Assembly: GCA_036676495.1 (NCBI GenBank) | Contig: JAKFCT010000027.1 | Location: 1-64,000, forward strand | Origin: Candidatus Sericytochromatia bacterium | GTDB lineage: Bacteria; Cyanobacteriota; Sericytochromatia; S15B-MN24; UBA4093 | DNA: 64,000 bases | Direction of reading: 5' to 3' | Shown here: in pieces, positions 47,346-56,821 of the stretch | Layout: every line of letters begins with the position of its first letter | How positions within the stretch are numbered: position 1 is the first letter of the stretch | The notes under the pieces: model-generated | Database searches by the model: none | Seen by the model: only the letters and a program-made list of their open reading frames with translations | Told to the model about the DNA's origin: nothing | Position numbers and translations under genes: made by a program

Positions 47346-48296
47346 ATGATGAGCAAACTCACGATCGTAGGGTCCGTCGCACTCGACTCCGTGCGCACGC
47401 CCTTTGGCGAAGTCACCGATGCGCTCGGCGGCTCGGCCACCCACGCCTCCATGTCCGCCAGCTTCTTCTGCCCGGTCAACATGGTCGGCGTCGTCGGCAC
47501 CGACTTCGCGGAAGATCACATCGAGCTGTTCCGCAACCGGCAGATCAACGTCGAAGGGCTCCAGCGCGCCGACGGCAAGACCTTCCGCTGGAAGGGCTAC
47601 TACGAGCAGGACATGAACCAGGCCCACACCCTGCTCACCGACCTCAACGTCTTCGCCGACTTCCAGCCCACCCTCCCCGAGAACTACTGCGACTCCGAGT
47701 TCCTCTTCCTGGGCAACATCGACCCCAAGCTCCAGCTCTACGTGCTCGACCAGATGGAGCGCCCCAAGCTCACCGTCTGCGACACCATGAACTTCTGGAT
47801 CACCAGCAAGCGCGCCGAGCTCGTCGAGGTCCTCAAGCGGGTCGACGTCGTCTTGCTCAACGAAGGTGAAGCACGCCAGCTCTGCGACACCACCAACCTC
47901 CTGACCGCCGCCAAGCGCGTCCTCGACCTCGGCCCCAAGGCCGTCGTCATCAAGAAGGGCGAGCACGGCGCGTTCCTGGTCCAGCAGAACGGCCACATCT
48001 TCATCTCCCCCGGCTACCCCCTCGAAGAGGTCTCCGACCCCACTGGCGCCGGTGACTCCTTCGCGGGCGGCTTGCTCGGCTACCTCGCCTACACCGACGA
48101 CCTCTCGGACGACAACTTCCGCCGCGCCATCATCATCGGCTCGGTCATGGCCTCCTACAACGTCGAGAAGTTCTCGTGCGATCGCCTCCGCAGCCTCACC
48201 CACGACGAGGTGATGATGCGCTACAAGGTCCTGCGCAAGATGAGCGGCTTCGAGAAGCTGCCGGAGACCACCATCTTTCAGCCCGCCCTGGTCTAG
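47346..48296 (+). CDS. PfkB family carbohydrate kinase
   Basis: VGSVALD..TPFG, DTMNFW and DPTGAGDSFAGG motifs. Confidence 0.92.
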   Translation: MMSKLTIVGSVALDSVRTPFGEVTDALGGSATHASMSASFFCPVNMVGVVGTDFAEDHIELFRNRQINVEGLQRADGKTFRWKGYYEQDMNQAHTLLTDLNVFADFQPTLPENYCDSEFLFLGNIDPKLQLYVLDQMERPKLTVCDTMNFWITSKRAELVEVLKRVDVVLLNEGEARQLCDTTNLLTAAKRVLDLGPKAVVIKKGEHGAFLVQQNGHIFISPGYPLEEVSDPTGAGDSFAGGLLGYLAYTDDLSDDNFRRAIIIGSVMASYNVEKFSCDRLRSLTHDEVMMRYKVLRKMSGFEKLPETTIFQPALV

Positions 48297-48339
48297 CGCC
48301 CGCGGCTGTTGCGAAAGGCAACGAGCCTCGCTCTAATAG

Positions 48340-48369
48340 AAACGGCCCGCCGAATCGGCGGGCCGTTCT
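48340..48369. terminator. Hairpin between convergent genes
   Basis: AACGGCCCGCCG-aat-CGGCGGGCCGTT. Confidence 0.75.
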
Positions 48370-48372
48370 CGT

Positions 48373-48975
48373 TTAAGGCTGAACCGGGTCCTGCGGCGCC
48401 GGATCCCGCTTGAAGAGCTTGTTGAGCCCCGCCGAGAGGAAGCCTCCCAGCCCGATGGCCGCCGAGCCCAGGGCGCCGCCAATCGCCGCCCCGATGGGAC
48501 CGCCCAGCGCGAAGCCGATGCCTGCGCCGGCCAAGGTCGTGCCGGGGATGATCATGTGCTTGCCTGCGAGCTTGAGGTTGAAGCCGTTGTCGGTCTCCTC
48601 CTTGCGCGCGACATGGCCCAGGTGATGAGCCACGTTCTTGGTCGCGAAGGCGAGGCCCGGAGCCGAGCCGCCCAAGGAAGCTCCGATCGCCGCCCCCACG
48701 GGACCCGCGATGAGGAAGCCCCCGAGTGCCCCCACCACGCTGGCGACCGGCGAGAAGATCATCGTCGAGACCACCTCGCCCAGGTCGTTCCAGCCATCGG
48801 AATGGGCAGGCTTCAGCGGCTGCTGGGCGGCGGCGTTGGGGCGCGAGAGTTGAAGAGAATCCCGGGTCGCCTGGGGCGCGGCCACGGAGGCCGCCGCCTG
48901 GGCCGGAAGGGTTCGCACGGCGATCGCGGGCGACGGCAAAGCCGACGGCGCTGCGGACGAAACGGATTTGAGCAT
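48373..48975 (-). CDS. Glycine-zipper membrane protein
   Basis: Two GxxxG hairpins (GFLIAGPVGAAIGASLG and GFALGGPIGAAIGGALG); AGGAGG RBS. Confidence 0.65.
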   Translation of the reverse strand: MLKSVSSAAPSALPSPAIAVRTLPAQAAASVAAPQATRDSLQLSRPNAAAQQPLKPAHSDGWNDLGEVVSTMIFSPVASVVGALGGFLIAGPVGAAIGASLGGSAPGLAFATKNVAHHLGHVARKEETDNGFNLKLAGKHMIIPGTTLAGAGIGFALGGPIGAAIGGALGSAAIGLGGFLSAGLNKLFKRDPAPQDPVQP

Positions 48976-49154
48976 GCGATCCTCCTGGGGGACGTGCGTC
49001 GGGATTCACTAACTCCCTTGTCGTGAGAAGCCGGCATGATCTGACGCGAAATCCTTTCTCCCGGTTGCCTCCATTTGCTTCATAACTTGTTATAATGATT
49101 TGAAAATCCCTTGGTCGATCCCAGTGTCAACGCCTTAGTAGCAAGGGAGCCGCC

Positions 49155-50147
49155 ATGAAGATTCTCGTCACCGGAGGCGCCGGGTTCGTCGGATCGCATT
49201 CCATCGACCTCCTGCGCGCGCTCGGACATACCGTGGTCGCCTTCGACAACCTCTCTACCGGAAAACTCGAGAACCTCACCCATCTCGACGTCCCCTGGAT
49301 TCGCGGGGACGTTCGCAACCTCGACGCCCTCACAGACGTCCTCGCGGATGGTTTCGACGCCGTCCTGCACCTGGCCGCCGTCGTCTCGGTGCCCCTCTCG
49401 GTGGCCGATCCGATCGGCAGTCATGAGACCAACACGCGCGGCACCCTGAACGTGCTGGAAGCCGCGCGGAGGCACGGAGTTCGGCGCGTCGTCCTCGCGA
49501 GCTCGGCAGCCGTCTACGGCGAACTCACGCCGCCGCTACACGAGGAGATGCTGCTCAAGCCCCTTTCGCCCTACGCGGCCCAGAAACTTCAAAACGAGAT
49601 CGACGCGGGGGTCTACGCGCGACTCTACGGGATGGAGACCGTGTGCCTGCGGTACTTCAACATCTTCGGCCCCCGGCAAGATCCCAAGAGCCCCTACTCG
49701 GGGGTGCTCTCGATCTTCATCGACGCGCTCTCGGAAGGGCGGCGGCCGGTGATCTTCGGAGACGGCCTGCAAACCCGGGACTTCGTCTACGTGGGGGACG
49801 TGGCCGGAGCGAACGTTCTGGCCCTCACGCGGGAGCTCAGCGCCAAAGACCTCGCACGCCATGGGCCCGACCGTGACCCTTGCCACCAGGCGAGTAAAAC
49901 CGGGGTCTTCAACGTGGGCACCGGCAAGACGACCACCGTTCTCGAGGCGTACCGGGCGATCGCCCATGCCATGGGCGTGCGCATGGACCCCGAGTTCGGG
50001 CCGGAACGCGGGGGCGATATCCGCCACTCGCTCCCCGACCTCTCCCGCATCACCACGGTCCTCGGCTACCGCCCCGAGACGGCCTTCGCCGACGGTATCC
50101 GCAAGACCGTCGAATGGGCCACGGCCTCCCAGACCTCCCGCGTCTAA
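49155..50147 (+). CDS. NAD-dependent epimerase/dehydratase (GalE-like)
   Basis: VTGGAGFVGSH, SSAAVYG, SPYAAQK and RYFNIFGPRQDP.SPYSGV motifs. Confidence 0.92.
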   Translation: MKILVTGGAGFVGSHSIDLLRALGHTVVAFDNLSTGKLENLTHLDVPWIRGDVRNLDALTDVLADGFDAVLHLAAVVSVPLSVADPIGSHETNTRGTLNVLEAARRHGVRRVVLASSAAVYGELTPPLHEEMLLKPLSPYAAQKLQNEIDAGVYARLYGMETVCLRYFNIFGPRQDPKSPYSGVLSIFIDALSEGRRPVIFGDGLQTRDFVYVGDVAGANVLALTRELSAKDLARHGPDRDPCHQASKTGVFNVGTGKTTTVLEAYRAIAHAMGVRMDPEFGPERGGDIRHSLPDLSRITTVLGYRPETAFADGIRKTVEWATASQTSRV

Positions 50148-50280
50148 TCGATCCCGCGACTCGCCCATCCCGCGATCGCCTCGCCCGCCGGGGCGGGGCG
50201 ATCGCCCCGCAGCGCCGTACGGCTTGCTCCATGCCGGGTATAATGCCCAGGATTGCCGTAGATAGCGCTGCGAGGATTTC

Positions 50281-53200
50281 ATGACTTACCTCTCCGAACT
50301 CCAACGACGGGTCCTGGTCTACGACGGGGCCATGGGCACCCAGGTCCAGGCCGCCAACCTGAGCCCCGAGGACTACGGCGGCAAGGAAGGCTGCACGGAT
50401 ATCCTCGTCCTCACTCGTCCGGACGTGATCGAAGGCATCCACGTCCGCTACCTGGAAGCCGGAGCGGACGTCATCGAGACCAACACCTTCGGCGGCAACC
50501 GCCTCAAGCTCGAAGAATACGGGCTGGGCGATCGCCTCTACGAACTCAACTACACCGCAGCCCAGCTCGCAAGGAAGGCCGCGGATCGGTTCTCCACGCC
50601 TGAGAAGCCCCGATTCGTGGCCGGCTCGATCGGCCCGACCGGCATGCTGCCGTCCTCGGACGACCCCATGCTCTCGGCGATCACCTTCGACGAGCTGGAG
50701 GCTATGTTCCATGAGCAGGCCAAGGCCCTGGTCGAGGGCGGCTGCGACGTGCTCCTGATCGAAACCAGCCAGGACATCCTGGAGGTGAAGGCCGCCGTGG
50801 TGGGGATTCACCGCTACCTCAAGGAAGCCGGCCTGACGAGTAGCGCCTGCGGCCAGGAGAGTAGCAAGCGGATCGCCCTGCAAGTGCAGGTCACGCTCGA
50901 CGTCTCCGGCCGCATGCTTCTGGGAACCGACATGGGGGCGGCGATCGCCACCCTCGAAGCCCTGCCCATCGACGTGATCGGCCTCAACTGCTCGACCGGC
51001 CCCGAGCACATGCGCGAGCCGGTCCGGATCCTCTCGGAACAGGCCACCCGCCCCATCTCGATCATCCCGAACGCCGGCCTTCCCCAGAACGTGAACGGCC
51101 AGGCCGTCTACCCGCTGGGAGCCGAGCCCATGGCCGAGGCCCTCCACGAGTTCGTCACCCTTTTCGGGGTGAGCATCGTGGGGGGCTGCTGCGGCACGGG
51201 GCCGGAGCATATCCGGGCGATCGCCGAGCGGGTCAAGGAACTTAAGAGCCCGGTGGATTCCCGCTTGCGCGGGAATGACGGGCAGGAACGCGGTATCGGC
51301 GAGCCCGCGGTCTCCAGTGCCATGCGGGCGACATCCCTGCACCAGGAGCCCAAGCCCCTGATCATCGGCGAGCGGGTGAACGCCCAGGGGAGCCGCAAGA
51401 TGAAGCAGGCGCTCTTGGCGGACGATTACGACACGGTGCTCGCCGTGGCGCGCGAGCAGGTGGAAGGCGGAGCGCACGTGCTCGACGTCTGCGTGGCCCT
51501 TACGGAACGGGCCGACGAGGCCGAGCAGATGCGCAAGGTGGTGAAGAAGCTCGCCATGGGCATCGAAGCCCCCTTGATGATCGACTCCACCGAAGCCTCG
51601 GTGATCGAGGCCGCCCTGAAGGCCTATCCGGGGCGCGCGATCATCAACTCGATCAACCTCGAGAACGGCCGCGCGCGCATCGATGCGCTCGCTCCGCTGG
51701 CGGCCACCCACGGGGCGGCCCTGGTGGCGCTGACCATCGACGAGGAAGGCATGGCCAAGACCGTGGAGCGGAAGGTGGCGATCGCCAAGCGCATTCACGA
51801 CATCGTGGTCGATGAGTACGGCCTGCCGCCCGAATCCTTGATCTTCGATGACCTGACCTTCACCCTGGCCACTGGAGACGCCGAGTTCCGGCCCTCGGCC
51901 CAGGCGACGATCGAGGGCATTCGGGCCATCAAGGCCGAATTGCCCGGGGTGATGACCGTGCTGGGCGTCAGCAACGTCAGCTTCGGGCTGGCTCCGCATG
52001 CCCGGGCCGTTCTCAACTCGGTCTTCCTGTATCACTGCGTGCAGGCGGGACTGGACCTCGCCATCGTCAACCCGAGCCATGTCACGCCCATCGCCGAGAT
52101 CCCCGCCGAGCAGAGGGAACTGGCCGAGGCCCTGATCTTCAACCGCCAGGAAGACGCTCTCGCGCGGTTCATCGACTACTACGAAACCAACAAGCCCCAG
52201 GCGACAAGCGGAAACGCGGTCGAGGATCCCACCGCCGGCATGACCGCCGAGGCGAAGATCCACTACCAGATCCTCCACCGCAAGAAGGACGGGATCGAGG
52301 CCCTGATCGACGAGGCCCTCACGCGCCAGAGCCCGGTGGACGTGCTCAACAACGTGCTGCTTCCCGCCATGAAGGACGTCGGCGACAAGTTCGGAGCCGG
52401 CGAGCTCATCCTGCCGTTCGTCCTGCAATCCGCCGAAGTCATGAAGAAAGCCGTCGCCTACCTCGAACAGTTCCTCGAGAAGAAGGAAGGCTACACCAAG
52501 GGCAAGGTCGTCCTCGCCACGGTCTACGGAGACGTTCACGACATCGGCAAAAACCTCGTGAACACCATCCTCTCCAACAACGGCTACACCGTCTACGACC
52601 TGGGCAAGCAGGTTCCGGTGAATACGATCCTGGAAAAAGCCGAAGAAGTCGGGGCAGACGCCATCGGGTTGTCGGCGTTGCTGGTCTCGACCTCGAAGCA
52701 GATGCCTGCCGCCGTTCAAGAGCTTGCCAAGCGCAACCTCAAGTATCCCGTGATCATCGGGGGCGCCGCCATCAACCGGTCGTTCGGGCGGCGGATCAAC
52801 TTCCTGGACGAGGAAGCCCTCTACGGGCCCGGGGTCTTCTACGCCAACGACGCCTTCGAGGGCCTGGCCATCATGGACGCGCTGACCTCGGAGCGGCGCG
52901 ACGCGTTCATCGCGAAGATCCATGAGGAGGCCCGGAAGTCCAAGGAGCTGCAAGCCCAGCACCCCGTGGCCGCCCCTGCCAGCACGGGAGGGGAGCGGAG
53001 CGCGGTCAGGACGGATGTGGAGATTCCCACGCCTCCCTTCTGGGGGACGCGGGTGCTGCGCGAGATCCCGCTGGATGCGATCTGGCCCTGCCTGGACCTC
53101 AAGAGCCTCTTCCGGCTCTCGTGGGGAGCCCGGGACGCCAACGGCGAGAAGTGGGTGGCCCTCTTGCGCGACGAGTTCAACCCCCGCCTGGAGCGCATGA

Positions 53201-53916
53201 AAGCTCAGTTCGGAACGCCGGATGCCGAAGGCCGGCGCATCCTCGATCCCATGGTGGTCTACGGCTACTTCCCCTGCCAATCCGAGGGTGAGAGCTTGAT
53301 CGTCTACGATCCCCAGGACCCGCGCACCGAATTGACCCGGTTCAGCTTCCCGCGCCAACCCGACGGCGAGCGCCTCTGCCTCGCGGACTACTTCGCCTCG
53401 AAGGAATCCGGCCGCATGGACGTGGTCGCCCTGCAGGCCGTCACGGTGGGCCCCGGCTCGACCCAGGAGAACGAACGCATGCAGGCGTCGGGGGATTACT
53501 CGGAGGCCTACTACCTGCACGGCCTCTCGGTCGAGGCCGCTGAAGCCCTCGCGGAGTACAGCCACCGCAATATCTTGCGGGAGCTGGGCCTAGACGAGCG
53601 GCCGGCCACCGAGCGAGGCAAGCGGTATAGCTGGGGATACCCGGCGATCCCCGACCTCGAGGACCATGAGAAGGTCTTCCAAGTCCTGCCCATCAGCGAA
53701 AGCCTGGGCATGACCCTGACCGAGTCGTTCCAGCTGGTGCCCGAGCAATCGACGCTGGCCATCGTGCTGCATCACCCGGAGGCCAAGTACTACGCCATCC
53801 GGCAGGCGCGGGGCGAGCGGGTGAGCGCACATCCCCGTCACTCCCGCGAAAGCGGGAGTCCAGTGGATTCCCGCTTTCGCGGGAATGACGGACCGAGGGG
53901 CGGGAGTGACACCTGA
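50281..53916 (+). CDS. metH: Cobalamin-dependent methionine synthase
   Basis: DGAMGT, LNCS and GGCCGT (Hcy domain); IGER.N (pterin domain); DVHDIGKNLV (B12 binding); RYSWGYPA.PD (activation domain). Confidence 0.96.
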   Translation: MTYLSELQRRVLVYDGAMGTQVQAANLSPEDYGGKEGCTDILVLTRPDVIEGIHVRYLEAGADVIETNTFGGNRLKLEEYGLGDRLYELNYTAAQLARKAADRFSTPEKPRFVAGSIGPTGMLPSSDDPMLSAITFDELEAMFHEQAKALVEGGCDVLLIETSQDILEVKAAVVGIHRYLKEAGLTSSACGQESSKRIALQVQVTLDVSGRMLLGTDMGAAIATLEALPIDVIGLNCSTGPEHMREPVRILSEQATRPISIIPNAGLPQNVNGQAVYPLGAEPMAEALHEFVTLFGVSIVGGCCGTGPEHIRAIAERVKELKSPVDSRLRGNDGQERGIGEPAVSSAMRATSLHQEPKPLIIGERVNAQGSRKMKQALLADDYDTVLAVAREQVEGGAHVLDVCVALTERADEAEQMRKVVKKLAMGIEAPLMIDSTEASVIEAALKAYPGRAIINSINLENGRARIDALAPLAATHGAALVALTIDEEGMAKTVERKVAIAKRIHDIVVDEYGLPPESLIFDDLTFTLATGDAEFRPSAQATIEGIRAIKAELPGVMTVLGVSNVSFGLAPHARAVLNSVFLYHCVQAGLDLAIVNPSHVTPIAEIPAEQRELAEALIFNRQEDALARFIDYYETNKPQATSGNAVEDPTAGMTAEAKIHYQILHRKKDGIEALIDEALTRQSPVDVLNNVLLPAMKDVGDKFGAGELILPFVLQSAEVMKKAVAYLEQFLEKKEGYTKGKVVLATVYGDVHDIGKNLVNTILSNNGYTVYDLGKQVPVNTILEKAEEVGADAIGLSALLVSTSKQMPAAVQELAKRNLKYPVIIGGAAINRSFGRRINFLDEEALYGPGVFYANDAFEGLAIMDALTSERRDAFIAKIHEEARKSKELQAQHPVAAPASTGGERSAVRTDVEIPTPPFWGTRVLREIPLDAIWPCLDLKSLFRLSWGARDANGEKWVALLRDEFNPRLERMKAQFGTPDAEGRRILDPMVVYGYFPCQSEGESLIVYDPQDPRTELTRFSFPRQPDGERLCLADYFASKESGRMDVVALQAVTVGPGSTQENERMQASGDYSEAYYLHGLSVEAAEALAEYSHRNILRELGLDERPATERGKRYSWGYPAIPDLEDHEKVFQVLPISESLGMTLTESFQLVPEQSTLAIVLHHPEAKYYAIRQARGERVSAHPRHSRESGSPVDSRFRGNDGPRGGSDT
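51254..51280 (+). repeat. Family-A palindrome inside the metH coding sequence
   Basis: TGGATTCCCGCTTGCGCGGGAATGACG read in frame as VDSRLRGND. Confidence 0.85.
53836..53890. repeat. Inverted pair of family-A palindromes in the metH 3' end
   Basis: CGTCACTCCCGCGAAAGCGGGAGTCCA-G-TGGATTCCCGCTTTCGCGGGAATGACG, encoding RHSRESGSPVDSRFRGND. Confidence 0.88.
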
Positions 53917-53917
53917 T

Positions 53918-55744
53918 ATGAGTCGCAACTTCCGAGCGCTTCTGGAAGGCGATCGCGTCCACGTCTTCGACGGCGCCATGGGCACGATGATCTATGCCAA
54001 GGGCGTCTTCATCAACCGCTGCTACGACGAGCTCTGCTTCAAGGAGCCCGAGCTCATCAAGGAGATTCACCGGGAGTACGCCAAGGCGGGCGCCGAGATC
54101 GTCGAGACCAACACCTTCGGCGCCACCCGGCCCCACCTGAAGGCCTACGGCCTGGAGGACCAGGTCGAAGCCCTCAACAAGCGGGCGGCAGAGCTCGCGC
54201 GCCAGGCCGTCGGCGAGAGCCTTTACGTCGCCGGCGCCATCGGCCCGCTGGGAATCCGCCTGGAACCCTACGGTCCTACCTCCTTCGAGGAAGCCAAGGA
54301 CTTGTTCAAGGAAGCCGCCCGCGGCCTCCACGCGGGCGGGGTGGACTGCTTCGTGCTGGAGACGTTCAGCGATCTCCAGGAGATCCAGCAAGCTATCCGG
54401 GCCGTCCGGGAGGTCTGCGATCGCCCCATCATCGCGCAGGTGACCATCCAGGACGATGGCAAGACTTCGTACGGGGGCGACCCCGCGGACATCGCCCGGG
54501 CGCTCGACCGCTGGGGGGCGGACGTCATCGGGCTGAACTGCTCGGTAGGCCCCGCCATTCTGCTCGAAGCCGTCGAGGCGATGGCCCAGGCGACGGGCAA
54601 GCCGCTGGCAGCGCAGCCGAACGCAGGCATGCCGCGGGAGGTCGAGGGGCGGAAGATGTACATGTCGAGCCCCGAGTACATGGCGAAGTACGCCAAGCGC
54701 CTGATCCAGGCGGGCGTGCGCTTCGTGGGAGGCTGCTGCGGGACCACGCCCGAGCATATCCGCCAGATGGCCGACGCCGTGCGGGCCCTCTCGCCGCGCC
54801 AGGCCATGAGCTTCGCGACCGTCACCGAGCGCGCGCAGGCGCAAGCCGTGGAGCCGGTTCCTCCGGCCGAGCGCTCGCGCCTCGGAGCCAAGATCGCGGC
54901 AGGCGAATTCGTCACCTCGGTCGAGATCGTTCCTCCCAAGGGCTGCGATCCGCGTCAGATGCTCTCAAGCGTCCGGCTGATCAAGGAGGCCGGAGTGGAC
55001 GCGGTGAACGTCCCCGACGGCCCGCGGGCCCAGAGCCGCATGAGCGCCATGGCCACCTCGCTCTTGATCGAGCGGGAAGTGGGGATCGAGGCGGTAGTCC
55101 ACTACACCTGCCGGGATCGCAACCTCCTGGGCATGCAGTCGGACCTGCTGGGGGCCGCGGCCATGGGCCTGAACAACCTCCTGCTGGTCACGGGGGATCC
55201 CCCCAAGATGGGCCCCTACCCGCAGGCCACGGCGGTCTTCGACATCGACTCGATCGGCCTCACCAACATGGTCACCCATCTCAACCACGGCCTGGACCTG
55301 GGCGGGAACCCCATCGGGAAGCCGACCTCGTTCACGATCGGGGTGGGGGTGAACCCCGGGGCGCTCGATCTCGACTACGAGCTGAAGCGCTTCGCCTACA
55401 AGGTGGAGGCCGGGGCCCAGTACGCCATCACCCAGCCCGTCTTCGACCCCAAGCAGCTGCTGGAGTTCCTGCGTCGGATCGAGGGCTTCCGGATCCCGAT
55501 CGTGGCGGGGATCTGGCCCCTGGCAAGCTACCGCAACGCGGAGTTCATGAGCAACGAGGTTCCGGGAGTGGTCATGCCGCCGTCGGTGCTGGAGCGGATG
55601 CGACGGGCGGAGACGCCCGAGGCGGCGCAGGCCGAGGGGGTGGCGATCGCCCGCGAGATGCTGGCCGAAGTGCGCGATGCCGTCCAGGGCGTGCAGGTCA
55701 GCGCGCCTCTCGGCAAGGTACCCCTGGCGATCGCCGTTTTCTAA
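53918..55744 (+). CDS. Bifunctional homocysteine S-methyltransferase / methylenetetrahydrofolate reductase (YitJ-like)
   Basis: DGAMGT, LNCSVGP and GGCCGTTP; VEIVPPKG, H.TCRDRN, TGDPP and AGAQ..ITQP motifs. Confidence 0.92.
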   Translation: MSRNFRALLEGDRVHVFDGAMGTMIYAKGVFINRCYDELCFKEPELIKEIHREYAKAGAEIVETNTFGATRPHLKAYGLEDQVEALNKRAAELARQAVGESLYVAGAIGPLGIRLEPYGPTSFEEAKDLFKEAARGLHAGGVDCFVLETFSDLQEIQQAIRAVREVCDRPIIAQVTIQDDGKTSYGGDPADIARALDRWGADVIGLNCSVGPAILLEAVEAMAQATGKPLAAQPNAGMPREVEGRKMYMSSPEYMAKYAKRLIQAGVRFVGGCCGTTPEHIRQMADAVRALSPRQAMSFATVTERAQAQAVEPVPPAERSRLGAKIAAGEFVTSVEIVPPKGCDPRQMLSSVRLIKEAGVDAVNVPDGPRAQSRMSAMATSLLIEREVGIEAVVHYTCRDRNLLGMQSDLLGAAAMGLNNLLLVTGDPPKMGPYPQATAVFDIDSIGLTNMVTHLNHGLDLGGNPIGKPTSFTIGVGVNPGALDLDYELKRFAYKVEAGAQYAITQPVFDPKQLLEFLRRIEGFRIPIVAGIWPLASYRNAEFMSNEVPGVVMPPSVLERMRRAETPEAAQAEGVAIAREMLAEVRDAVQGVQVSAPLGKVPLAIAVF

Positions 55745-55820
55745 GGGATCGCCAGGCGGCTTGAAGGTCGCCGGACGGCCTGGGGATCGTCGGACGGGTT
55801 GGGGGTCGTCAGACGGCCTG
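55745..55820. repeat. Four degenerate 19-bp tandem units
   Basis: GGGATCGCCAGGCGGCTTG / AAGGTCGCCGGACGGCCTG / GGGATCGTCGGACGGGTTG / GGGGTCGTCAGACGGCCTG. Confidence 0.7.
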
Positions 55821-56798
55821 GACCTGCATGGCGGTGCGGGCGGCCGTGAGCATGAGCTCGACGGCGGCCGAGAGCGGCACTTCCAGGCGGGCCCCCGAGA
55901 CGCGGCGGTGGCCGCCTCCCCCGAAGGCACGGGCGATCGCATGGGCGTTCACCTTGCCCCGGGAGCGGATCGAGATCTTGATGGCTCCATCCGGAAGCTC
56001 CTTGAAGAGGAACCAGACCTCGGCCTTGCCGATCTTGGGTAGCTCCGAGAGGATGAGGTCCGTTTCCTCGATCCGGGCGCCGCAGGCCGCGAGCATGGCC
56101 TGGGTGATGGTGGCCCAGACGAGCCTTCCGCCGAGGTCCTCTTGAAGGTGGCCGAGGGCCATGCCCATGACGCGAAGGGCGCCGGCGGAGAGCTGCTCGT
56201 TGAGGTAGCGGTTGATTCGGGTGGGGTTGGCTCCGGCGTCGACCAGGCGGGCGGCGAGGCGGTAGGTCTCGGAGTTGGTCTTGTCGATGACGAAGCCGCG
56301 GGTGTCGTAGAGCATGCCGGCGTAGAGGGCGGTGGCGATCGCCGCGTCCATCTCCACTCCGAGCTCGAAGCCGAGCCGCGCGACCATCTCGGCGGTGGAG
56401 GCGGCGGACGGGTCCACCCAGGTCAGCTCCGCGAAGAACGCGTTGTCGAGGTGGTGGTCGATGTTCAGCCAGACGGGCGGCAGCTTGGCAGCCGGGTGGA
56501 TCCGGCGGGGATCGCCGCAGTCGAGGACCACCGGGTGCCAGCCGTGGCTCGCGCCGTCGGCTTCCGGGGGCTCGTGGTCGATCGGGAAGAGGTCTTCGAG
56601 GAAGCGGCTGTCGAAGGGGACGGCCTCGGGGGTGTAGACCCTGGCTTCCTTGCCGAGCTTCTGGGCGATCAGCGCGAGCCCGACGGCCGCCCCCAGGGTA
56701 TCGGGGTCGGGATCGACGTGGGGAACAGCGATCAGGTGGTCGATCCGGCGGATCGCGTCGGCGGTCTCGGCGAGGGTCAGCGGGCGGCCCTTGGGCAT
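55809..56798 (-). CDS. nrnA: DHH family nanoRNase / pAp phosphatase NrnA
   Basis: H.DPDPD..G, LDC, IDHH, DT and SIRS...FGGGGH motifs; AGGAGG RBS before ATG at 56798. Confidence 0.9.
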   Translation of the reverse strand: MPKGRPLTLAETADAIRRIDHLIAVPHVDPDPDTLGAAVGLALIAQKLGKEARVYTPEAVPFDSRFLEDLFPIDHEPPEADGASHGWHPVVLDCGDPRRIHPAAKLPPVWLNIDHHLDNAFFAELTWVDPSAASTAEMVARLGFELGVEMDAAIATALYAGMLYDTRGFVIDKTNSETYRLAARLVDAGANPTRINRYLNEQLSAGALRVMGMALGHLQEDLGGRLVWATITQAMLAACGARIEETDLILSELPKIGKAEVWFLFKELPDGAIKISIRSRGKVNAHAIARAFGGGGHRRVSGARLEVPLSAAVELMLTAARTAMQVQAV

Positions 56799-56821
56799 GG
56801 GGTTCCTCCTTGGCTGAGCCG

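Noticed and set aside
50148-50280. SAM or cobalamin riboswitch upstream of metH
   Set aside because: No SAM-I core or B12 box recognised; a TATAAT at ~50239 leaves only a short leader
50050-53565. 1171-aa minus-strand ORF and other long antisense ORFs (for example 2747..4516, 17769..19769, 58789..60717)
   Set aside because: Shadow frames of well-supported genes in high-GC DNA, with no recognisable motifs
53918-55744. Tandem Hcy-methyltransferase domains (metH plus yitJ-like) as a novel duplication
   Set aside because: metH next to a YitJ-type bifunctional gene is a known arrangement
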